Shown here: piece after piece, positions 24,047 through 34,445 of the stretch
Layout: each line of letters opens with the position of its first letter
How positions within the stretch are numbered: the stretch's first letter is position 1
Assembly: GCF_902459465.1 (NCBI RefSeq)
Contig: NC_047069.1
Coordinates: 6,386,001-6,450,000 of the forward strand
Direction of reading: 5' to 3'
Length of the DNA: 64,000 nt
DNA from: Asterias rubens
Lineage: Eukaryota
Notes under the pieces: generated by a model
Seen by the model: only the letters and a program-made list of their open reading frames with translations
Database searches by the model: none
What the model was told of the DNA's origin: nothing
Program-made: the position numbers and the translations under genes

Positions 24047-24411
24047 AGCCATTGGACACTTTCGGTAAACAGTATTGTCCAAAGGCCCACACTTCGTGTA
24101 TCACAATTTCTATATAAAATAACAAACCTGTGAAAATTAGGCCCAATCTGTCATCGGAGTCGGGAGAAAATATCGGGAAAACCCACCCTTGTTTCCGCAC
24201 ATTTCGTGGGTCATGACATGTGTTTACTATAAATCCGTAATTTTCGATATCGAGAATTGATATTGTTTTAATGTTTTCTCAAAAAGTAAAGCATTTCATG
24301 GAATAATATTTCCAGGAAAGTCTTTCACCATTACCTTCTGTAAACCCTGTAAGTTATTTGTAAATCTGTGAACTTAAAAAATAAAATCTGTTCCGAAAGT
24401 GTCCAATGGCT
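24047..24411 (+). mobile_element. TTAA-flanked MITE, family B
   Basis: TIR AGCCATTGGACACTTTCGG / CCGAAAGTGTCCAATGGCT; TTAA at both sides, sharing one base with the TIR on the right. Confidence 0.8.
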
Positions 24412-26192
24412 TAAGGGGAATTAGTCAGTCTTGAAAGTACTATGTTTAGAAAAACACTGGCCCAATGCTTTTGATACTGGACTCTTGGTGGTCCAGTGGG
24501 TATTCGAGCCCCACACTACGGGGAAAAAGCCTTACAGAATCATATGTCTTTCTTGCATTTAAGATAAATTATGTGCGACAATTTTCTTTTTCTACACACT
24601 AAAACACACCTTGAACTTTCTTGTTTCAAAAACTTTCACAGCTGCTGTAGAGTAGTATAAGTACTTGTATTAAGTTTCAATGGTAACATAGGAAGACATT
24701 TCAATCAATTTTTTTCCATTTTCTTTTTAAAGAAAAGAGTAAACTTAAAGGGACATGTTGCCTTTGTATTAGGCGCTCCGGCTATAAAAAGCATTTATTA
24801 TGAAATGAATAGGGTTGGAAAAAAGTAGAATACAGTGAATTATGCAAATGTACCCGAACATTGTATGGTTTTCTTTATACTTTGTGAACTATTACACGGT
24901 CTGCCATATTGCTGAACCAAATGTTTGACTCCACAAAATGGTGGACGGTGATTGGAGGGATATTTGTGTGGATCTTTTTAGTTCAATTTTAATCAGAAAG
25001 CAACATGTCTCTTGAATTGGATTGATTGCCCCAATGCAAAAAGCTGTCCAGCATTTTTTAACATTACTTCGTAACGTAATTTGCTAAGCAATAATTTTGG
25101 ATAGTAACCTGCTTTTTGCTAGGTTAGTTTTTTGTGCTTAACAAATTAAAAAGAACCATTTTGTCGCTACTTGTATCTGAACCGTAAAAAAAAGGAAGCA
25201 CATTTTTTTTTTCTTCTTCAAGTTTATAATAGAAAGCATTTTTTTCAAATCCTCATATTATTATTTAAGAACCAATGAAGTAGATAACTAACAAATTAAG
25301 CTCCAGCACAACTATCAGATTTATATTCATCTCCACGACTGGTAATCTTTGGCTTTGAAGTTGTAACCAAATAAAATATGTCTTGCTTGCAAACTTCAGA
25401 CTTATTAAAAAAAAACTTTTAAAAAGATGGAAAAATGGCACCAGTTCACGATAAAGACAAACATGCTTTCCAGTCAACTTCTCTCTATAATGCATTGGCA
25501 TCATCCAGCCGCCATCTTAGAGGTGAAACGATGACGAAACAATCAAAACCACAGATTTGTACGCGCAGTGCACAGGTTTGGGCAATGAACAGCTGTTTTT
25601 TCACCTCTACGTGAGGGTGCCCAACTGATACGACATGATGTGCTTACAAGGTCTATTCTCTTGTTAGAAAGTCATAACATCAGTGTCATTTACAGCTAAA
25701 GAGGTTGCTATCTCTAACACAAAAGAGTGTTTATCTTTCTCCCTGTGATAAACACCATCAAGGTTGCATTGAAATCATAACAACAATGCTATCTTGACTC
25801 AAACACCACGGCCCAATTTCATAAAGCCTGTAAGCAAAAAATTTGCTTAGCATAAAATTTCTTCCTTAATAAAAACAGGATTACCAACCAAATTTCCATG
25901 TGATTTTCAGGATAAGCAAACAACAGCTGAATGCCAGTAACAAGCAATATGCAACAAATTAAAATTTGGTTGGTGACCTTGTTTTTATCAAGGAAGAAAT
26001 TTCATGCTAAGCAAATTTTTCCCACAGCAGACCTGACCTTAATCTTAGTCCTTTATCTCTATGTGATAAAACATTAGTCTCGCTCATGATGCTACCTTGT
26101 CTTGTACTTCACAACAGATTTTATCTTAGTCCCTTATCTTAAACTATCTCTCTGTGATGAAACGCAGTCTCGCTCAACACATGCAGGTGATG

Positions 26193-29100
26193 CTACCTCG
26201 TCTTGTACACCACAGCAGATCTTATCTTAGGCTTCTTATTCTTCTCTCTCTTTCTCCGATCATACTCCTCGTAGTCATCGAGACGAAACTTTGTGTCCTG
26301 AATGACGGCAGACTTAAGCCTAGATCTGCCTCTAATTTTCTGCCTGAGGCCTTCTCTCTTCTTCTCCTGCTCCTGTTCCTCTCGAGTCTTGAGGTTCTTT
26401 GTCAGTCTCTGCTTGAGGTGCGCCTCTCGGCGTCTCAGCTCTCGCCTCTTTCTCGCCTCCTCCTTCAACTTCATCTTCTCTTCTTCCTCCTTCCGTTGCT
26501 TCTCCTCTTCGAGTTGTCTCAGTCTTTCTCTCTCTAGCTCCTCAAGACGCTGCTGAACCTCCTCTTGCTGTCTCACAACCTAAAAGAATAATGATTAGGA
26601 ATTAAAGAAGTACAGTTAGTGGAGATTTGAATGCGGTATGTTGTGGTTGAGCGGATAAGAACACCGAACTCAAGCCCTGGTGTTTCTAATCGAGTCCCAG
26701 TCGTTACACTCGTGTCCCTGAGCAAGACACTGAATTATTCCTCTCTCTAACCCAGGGGTAACTGGTTACCTGTGAGGGCAGAGATGATTCTTGTGATTGA
26801 TTAAGCTTGGTAGCGTTTATTTGCTGTACATTTCCCAGTAAACAGGGGTTACAATGTTGGAAGCGCTTTGAGACGCCCTTCGGGTGTGTAAAGCTGCTAC
26901 ATAAAAACCGACTATTATTACAATTATTATTGCCCTGTTCAGCGGTGCGCTTGGCATAACATACCTTGACTCTCTCAAGAAGCTCAGTCAGCAACCTGAT
27001 TGACTCTAGCTGCCTGAGTGCTATGAGAAGCTTGCGTTCCTCCAGCGCTATCCGACGCTGCAACTCTGCCTCCTGTTTGATTCTCTTCTTCTCCTCTTGA
27101 ATTCGTCTTCGTTTCTTTTCTCTTTGCTGCCTCCGTTCCTCGCGCCGTGTCAGCTTGGCCTGTTTGCGCTGCTTCTTGTACAACTCCTCCTGCTCTTTCC
27201 TCCTCCTAGAAGGAAAATCCAAGATGTCAAATACAAACAAACTTAGTTATTAGAAGTACACTTAAAGATATTCAGATCATCACAATTTAACACAGGATGA
27301 AGAGAATGTCTCCTGACGATGACTGGAGCAAGCTTGTCTAAACATTTAGACCAATTTTAAAAACTCACTCCGTGGCAGTGCAGTTGAGTTAACAATCCTT
27401 CAACTAAGCTAAAGTAGTAGTCCCAGCCGTTTTTCCACCCAAGCAGTAGTTAATAAGCAGGACAGTTCTTTTCAGAACTGAGAAGTCTCCCGAAAACCCA
27501 ATAAAATCTACTCCGCAGTAGTAGAATATAGAGCAAGGCAAGTTCTCTAAAGAACAAACTCTTCCTGGCAAGTAGTATACACACATGGTGTTACCGCAAA
27601 CCAAAATACCTCCAATGCAATGCCTCAAATCATATGTGAAAAGAATGGTTTGGTCTTCTAAAACGCATTGTCAATCATCAAAAGGTAAATTTGAATTTCT
27701 TGTAAATTTGCTCTCATTGTCTTCTGATCGTCTTAATTATCCTGAAGACGATCAGTCAAAGCATGCTAATTGAAACTTTGAGTTGTCAACCACTCGTTCT
27801 TTTCAGAACCAACACTACTCAAAAGAGATTTCTACGTGGTGTGAACACAAAACCCCGTCTAGGAGTAGTCTTCTTTACCTTTCGTCTTCCAGTTTCTTTT
27901 CTTCCTCTTCTCTTTCTAAGCGTTTCTGGTCTTCTCTGGCTTTCTCAAGTTCAATCAGTCTCGTTCTTTCTTTCTCTCGTTTCCGGATGGCTTTGGCACT
28001 CATGTGACGAGTTTTGTCGAAATCAACCTGAAGTGAAAAATGTATGTATAAAATAAGTGGAAGATTCAATTTTTTTTAACACATTTATTTCAAAAATTTA
28101 ATCACAGCAGGTATTGTAAGGCAAAGGGTAGGCAAGTATGTGCTACGTGAGGGTAATGAAAGTGGAAGTGTGTGGCCGAGCGGTTAAGAGCACCGAATTC
28201 AAACTCTGGTGTTTCTGATCAGCAGAGTGTGGGTTTGAATCCCCAGCCATGACACTTGTGTTCTTAAGCAAGACACTTAACCATTGCTTCGTCCTTCGGA
28301 TGGGATGTAAAGCCGTTGGTCCCATGTGTTGTGTGAGTGTGACGCATGTAAAAGAACCCAGTGCTCTTTTCGAAAAGAGAAGGGGTTCGCCCCGGTGTTC
28401 CTGGCTGTGGCTGCTGTATGCGCCTTGTAAACCCTTATAAGGTGCTAAATAATTGGGTCTCGGAATTAATAACTGCAATAACCTATTTTTCTGAAAGTTT
28501 GTATACACTCGGCGCCTTGAGTACCTTGTTTGGTAGATACGTGCGCTATAAGACTACTACTACTATGAAGAATTACTCTGTGATGAAACTGAGCTGGGAA
28601 TGGCCGGAGTGCTAGCCTTGAGGTTGACCGGGATAGGGCAGTCGTATCAGACCCCAAAAGTGGCTTACTTGATGGTGATAAAATATTGCAAAGTTATTGA
28701 ATCCATTTAACCATACCAGTACAGCAATTTACAGGCATGAAAATTATTGGTACTTATCCCCATGTGTACAACGGCAATGCATACTCAGTACTTTCCCGAG
28801 TTCTGTTAAAAAAAAAACATCAACCGTTTAATGCAAGAGCAGGACAATTATACTGTTTAATTTTAGGGGGATTCAAACTTGGGTCAACTGTGATGTAAGG
28901 CAGGGAAAGAAACCGCTGAGCCACCCTGAATAGTTAACGAATAAGAAACCAGACTGTTTCCCTGTTAACCTCGCTTTAGATCTCATGAATTTGTACGGGG
29001 AATCTTGGTGCTTGGTAAAGGTGACTAAGGTCTAGTACCTTGATGTCTGCTGTATAGGCTTTGCCCTCCTTCCCTTCCTCCGAGCTCATTTCTTTCTTCA

Positions 29101-29818
29101 GTAGCTTCATGCCCTTCAGAGCATCCATCGCCTTCACAAATCCAATGTACTCGCTATACTGAACGTAGACTTCAAATGTCAGCGTACTGAAGGATGAAAA
29201 CGTTCTGAAGTTTCCCCCGATGACCTGAGACTCATGTCTGTACGGATCAAGCATTGGAACATCCACGTTTCTTATCTCCCCGAAAAGCTCAAATATCTTC
29301 TTGATGATCAGCTCACTGGGTTTGTCTGGCTCTGCCGTTGAGGAAAACCATTTGCAAGGTAAGCCTTCCAGTTTGATTGTATCTGGTCGCTCGCCGTGAT
29401 TGCTCTCATTCATGTTTTTGGCATCGCGGAAGAACGAGTCCCAATCGTGACGGTTGGGGAAGTTTATCTTCGCCTCAGCTGCTCTGACCTTGAGCGGCTC
29501 TGGGAATCCACTGAGCTTGATGACCTTCCCGTCGAGTCTAAGGATCAGGACTTTGATAAGACTTTTGGCTTCCACCTCAGCCTCAAAGCGGAGGAACTCC
29601 AGGGAGCTCTTGCTGACTCTCAGGACCAGGAAGGAATCAGGCTTGGCCATCCGCTTCAGCTTCTCCATGACCTCCCAGTTGCTGATGGACTTCCCTTCTG
29701 TCTTCATCTGCGGCAGCGTTACGGAGATGTTGAGCTTGGCGATAGGTTTGATGTACAGCCCATGGGGACCATGGAGCTCGACTGCCTCTGACTGGTTGAA
29801 ACATAGCTGTGTTGTCAT
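26193..29818 (-). CDS. AKAP17A: A-kinase anchor protein 17A (XE7/SFRS17A), 518 aa; complement(join(26193..26579,26965..27205,27879..28027,29039..29818))
   Basis: N-terminus LYIKPIAKLNISVTLPQMK..GKSISNWEVMEKL, NFPNRHDWDSFFRDAKNMNE..GERPDTI, RRM-like FEVYVQYSEYIGFVKAMDALKGMKL, VDFDKTRHMS, EERKLLIALRQLESIRLLTELL; phases 0, 2, 0 consistent; TAG at 26195-26193; 5'UTR acceptor at 29897-29898. Confidence 0.96.
26633..26932 (+). mobile_element. tRNA-derived SINE, second subfamily
   Basis: A-box-like TGGTTGAGCGGATAA, GTGTCCCTGAGCAAGACAC, CCCAGGGGTAA..CCTGTGAGGGCAGAGATG core, (TAT)n tail; relative at about 56265-56440. Confidence 0.7.
28164..28566 (+). mobile_element. tRNA-derived SINE, near-complete copy
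   Basis: A box TGGCCGAGCGGTTAA, B box GGGTTTGAATCCC, (TAC)n tail; diverged copy at about 58810-59140. Confidence 0.82.
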
Positions 29819-30848
29819 GATGACAGAATTGCCCAGAATTGTTGGTCAGAGATGACCCACTGCAACATCAACTGAAGTACCTCAGGCACGCATCCACTGG
29901 AATATAAAATAGAAAACAAGTCTTGTTCTTTATTTAAAACACAACAGAATCAAACATCCATAACAAAAATCAAATGCAATCTTTTTTAGTATTAATAAAG
30001 CTCTTTAGTTAATCTTCCTATACTATACGCTTTTAGTATTTGCCTACAAAAGTACATGGAAGGAGGTCCTGTTTTCAAGGTGTCCCTAAAATCGTGGCAA
30101 ATCTTTTACCTCTCTGTGCGTGATGTAAACAGTCCATAGATACATAAAATTTGGTGTTATTTGCCAAGCAAAGAGTCTGCTCTGCCTTGACCAAAAGTTA
30201 GAAACACGTAAGGCTCCACTGGTTATTTGAACTTGTAGGCCTAACTTTAATATGCAACAAGTTTGGTATTTTAGGCATTTCTACAAGGTACAAAAATGTG
30301 TCATTGTTGAGGCCATATAAAACAAAAATTGCTCACCGAAAAAGTTTCATCAAACACTAATTCAATTCACAATTTACGATGATCAAATCATGCTTGTTAA
30401 TGTTACTGAACATTCTGCTGAGCATTCTGGGGCATTCTGGTGTGTGGTGTGAAAATTTCAATGTCCATAAAGTTTTAATTAATTAGGAGGGCATATCGGT
30501 TGTCTTGATATATCGCATCATTATTTATTTCCCAATTCAAAGAAAAAGGCAAAATACCGTGAAAACTGGTAAGAGTAGGATACTGGTATAAATTGATTTC
30601 AATTTTAAAAGCCACCTGCACGCGCTATATCAATCAAAGTTTCAAAAACAAATGGAAATTCTCACGATACTGGTGCAGTTGTCAATGAATGACGACTGGC
30701 GTAAACACGATCGGACAACCATGGATGCACGAGGCAGGGACAACGAACTAATGCAAAACAATGATCTACACTTTCCAAGTTTCCTGAGCATGCTGGGGCA
30801 AAAGCACTTTTCAAACGGGTAAAGTATTTTCGTTTTTTTCATACTTAC

Positions 30849-30910
30849 AATCACATCGTATTTTTCAAGTTTTCACTTTTTAACCATAAAGTATAAAAAT
30901 AATGTTGTAT
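30849..30910 (-). other. Probable non-coding first exon of AKAP17A
   Basis: Strong minus-strand donor ATT|GTAAGTATG at 30848; lies just downstream of an oriented TATAA-containing motif (30915-30951). 5' boundary is approximate. Confidence 0.5.
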
Positions 30911-30960
30911 TGGTTAGTTTAGTTAACGGTCTCATTATATAGCGCCATCCTACGCATTTA

Positions 30961-31087
30961 GGCCGTGTCCGAAACGGCGACTTCGACTTGAGCTACGGCT
31001 AGATCACCGCGTCTGCACGCGATGAAGAATAAGCAGATGCGTGCGATATAGTCGTATCTCTAGCCGAACTCACCGTTTCGGACACTC
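30961..31087. mobile_element. PIF/Harbinger-like MITE; inverted partner at about 31640-31747
   Basis: TTA|GGCCGTGTCCGAAACG ... CGTTTCGGACACTC|TAA; the second copy ends CGTTTCGGACACGGCC|TTA. Confidence 0.6.
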
Positions 31088-32582
31088 TAACCGTACGTAA
31101 TGTTTATTATGCACATGTTGTCAAATTGTGGTCGAGAACCAAACATTGGGTGCACATTTCTTAACTTTATTTATAAGAGGTCCACGTAACTAGTAGTAGC
31201 CCTCTCTGTTCGTGGTTTCTTAATAAACCTACTTAGTTACTCATTATAACGTAAACTTTACTCATAACATAAACTTAAGTAGGTAATTTAATTAACGGTG
31301 ACATTAAATAGCGCCCTCTAGTGATGCTGGTCTAGTGCGCACGTGCAATTATTAATACTAGACTTAACCACCCAATGCCTAGGAGGGCGCTATATAAGGG
31401 GACCGTTAACCAAACTAAACAACCCAATGCCTAGGAGGGCGCTACACACAAGGGGACCGTTAACTAAACTAAAATTTAGTACCCGGTTCGTAGGATCGAG
31501 AGCCAGGGTGCTTGCAATTGCTGTGTGATGACAGGTGGTCAATTCTGCTCTATTGCTCCATGGTCGACCGGTGTCTGTTGCGTGCTGGTTGTTGGGTAAG
31601 TACCTAGGTTTTTCCTTTTTTTTTACCGAGTGTTTTTTTCTACCTCTAGCTACGGCTAGATCGCGCGCGTCTGCCTATTCTTCAACACTGGTAGACGCGC
31701 TGATCTAGTCGTAGCTGTAGCCGAAGTCGTCGTTTCGGACACGGCCTTACTACTATAGATTGAGTTTCATTCTGCTTTAGTCACTAGATGGATCACGTGA
31801 GGTGGTTACTATTTGGGGTTCTATGGTGCGCAAATGTGGTGGGGAAAATATTAAACTATTTTAAGTGAAAATGACAACAATTTGTTTTATTTATTTACTG
31901 CATAACTGTTATAAATTCTGATAAGCGTAAACTAATAAATATTAAGTCTACATTTAAGAGGAAATATCATAGATTGGTTTCTTATCTCCTGAAACCAAAC
32001 ATGACTGGTCTGAAATGGGGGAAACGGATTGTTATGAAGTGTCAGTGCATCAAGGGGGAGGGGGGGTGGGGTGTTTTACTTTCATGCCTTATGATATCTC
32101 TGGATTCTAATATAGTAGCCATAATGCCTTAGGACAAAAATGTAATTAAATTTGTTAAGTACTAATTGAATAACATTTTTGATTTACTTTGCACGCCATA
32201 CTAACTTCTGAATATTCAATAAAATACCAACCAATGAAAGGTGTGAAAACATATGACGTTGCTCCAATGTCGTGCATGCACAAGCACTGTTAATGGCGGG
32301 CTGTCTCTCGCAACGTAAAACCAAAACTTTAAAAATTTCAACACACCATGAAGTGAAAGTGTTATTGTTAAAAAATTGGATAGATGATTTGAAACAAAAA
32401 TATTTAGTTTTTGATTGTGAACAATTTTCCTGTTATCCTACTGAAAACACATGACACCAGGAAATAAATACTCATTTCATCATGTTCATTGTGTGTTGAG
32501 TGAATAGTAATAGTAAATGCGTCTTGTTCCAAGCATGGTCTTGCGTCTTGACGCACAGTCACAGAGTCATGGACACGACCAG

Positions 32583-32830
32583 GGCCCAATTTCATGGCTC
32601 TGCTTACCGCTGAATTATGCGCTTACGATCACGATTCCTCAATTAAGTGCAAGCGCCGAATTTCTGCACTAGCCTTGTAAGTGTAGAATGCCTAGTAACG
32701 CGGAGTATGCACACGCAGAAGCCAAAATTTGCCACTAACCCATGACATACGCTTGCAGTATGCACATAATTTCTTGCTTCCGTAAGCGCCTATTCTGTGC
32801 TTAAAGTTACACTGAGCCATGATATTGGGC
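32583..32830. mobile_element. Harbinger-like MITE with CAG target duplication
   Basis: CAG|GGCCCAATTTCATGGCT ... AGCCATGATATTGGGCC|CAG; family members at about 25810, 33000, 37973, 55412, 58146 and 63006. Confidence 0.7.
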
Positions 32831-34445
32831 CCAGCTAGAGCCCAATTTCATAAAGCTGTTTACCGTACTCTGTTTGTCGTACTCTGTAGCAGAAAAGTGT
32901 GTGTTTAAAAAGCATAGACAGATTTCACCATGATTTTTCGAGAAACCAGATAATTTCTAGGTGCGCATGCACGTTGACCTAAATTTGCTTTGTTACGCAG
33001 CTCCATAATTTCATAGCCGTGCTTAGCGGGCAATTTTGTGCTTACTGTGCAACTTCTATTTCAAAGCGCTGCTAACCGTAAGCACACGAAAAGGCATGCT
33101 TACCTTCATGTGCTCACCGCAACGAAACTAAATGACGTCACAATGCAAACCATTGTTAAAAACGCCTTATGGCCGCCCAATTTGTCTGCCAACTTGTGAA
33201 ATAGGCTTATACCATAGCAAATTTTTCTGCTACAGTAAGCACGAAAAATTTGCTTACCGTTAAGCAGCGCTATGGTATTGGGCCAAGCACTCATGTGCTA
33301 ACCGCGATTAGCCAGCATTTTCCTTTGCTTATATATAAGGGTAAACAGCTATTTAAAAAAAAAAATTGCTTTAAAAAGAAGGGATGCATAGTGCCAGTGT
33401 AATCATTGTCAAATGTTGGTTGGGGAAGTGCATCCTTACTAATTCTCTGAAATAGTGCCGACATCAAAACCTCCTTTTCAATTGCATAAAGTGTACATTC
33501 TGTACCGTTGATTTTTTATATTTGTATGCATGATTTACATATGAGTGGATGACTAAATAAATTGATTTCAACGTCATTCTGTCTCAAATTGTAGATATTG
33601 TGTTTTAATTTACACATCAGCATGAGTTTTCTTCCTCATAAGATTGCACAATTTTGTATCCCCCCCCAAAAAAAAAAAAAAAATATCCCTTTTTGGTTTT
33701 TGGATCAGTGTGTTTTAGATGATCAGATGTTGTGTTAGCTGTACTATTTTATGGTTTTCAAGGAAGGCCCATAAATCACAGAGTAATGACAGAGAGTTCT
33801 ATGAACAAAATGCAGCACAAAAAACATTGATACATTTGTACAGCTAGTACTCCCTAAGGATGCAGTGCAGGAAACAAGGATGTGAACTTTGCGACCTTTC
33901 TAGGCTGTGGAATTTAAATTGTATTCACACTAAGGGTATAGCAGTAAGTATTTATAAATTATTGCCAGCCTCATGGTCATGGTTGAGCGGTAAAAAAACA
34001 CACACACAGGAATTGCACTTTTGTTTTTTTTAGATCTGAGCAGACGACAATCGAAAGTGTGCAAAAGCTGCAGTAGTAAACTCCATCAAACATCGGACCA
34101 ATCATAACGCATAATGAAAAGCTTACGTCACTGTCGTTATCCAATGAAATCATTGCATCTAGTAAAACCACTGGGCCTGTGCATGTCTTTACCATTGCGG
34201 ATACCAGTTAAAGATAAGGGACCAGTCTAGGCTGACCTCCTCCTCCGTTAGAGGGCGCTGTATAAGGAGACCGTTAATTTGGTAAACTGAGGTCAAGGGT
34301 TGGGGGTACACGTGTTTTTGTGTGACTTATGTCGTCAGAAAAAAAATGATACAAATTGTCGTCCGTGAAAACAAGACGTACAGACTCTGCTGGCTTTCGG
34401 TTCGGCATCAAATGAACTTCAACTTGTGACCTTACAAATACAACA

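Larger units (their letters stand above)
30915..34288. promoter_or_regulatory. Divergent promoter interval with five GGCGCT-N10-ACCGTTAA modules
   Basis: Minus-oriented copies at 30915-30951 and 31286-31324; plus-oriented copies at 31381-31417, 31433-31471 and 34250-34288. Confidence 0.6.

Noticed and set aside
28164-28250. tRNA gene
   Set aside because: A and B boxes are present, but there is no cloverleaf and the sequence continues into a SINE body and tail.
26154-29855. Plus-strand ORFs (26154-26537, 26302-26556, 27763-28056, 29396-29791, 29454-29855)
   Set aside because: Antisense shadows of AKAP17A coding exons.
34412-34429. uORF MNFNL* before the RARS1 ATG
   Set aside because: TSS unknown, so it may lie outside the mRNA; too short to support.
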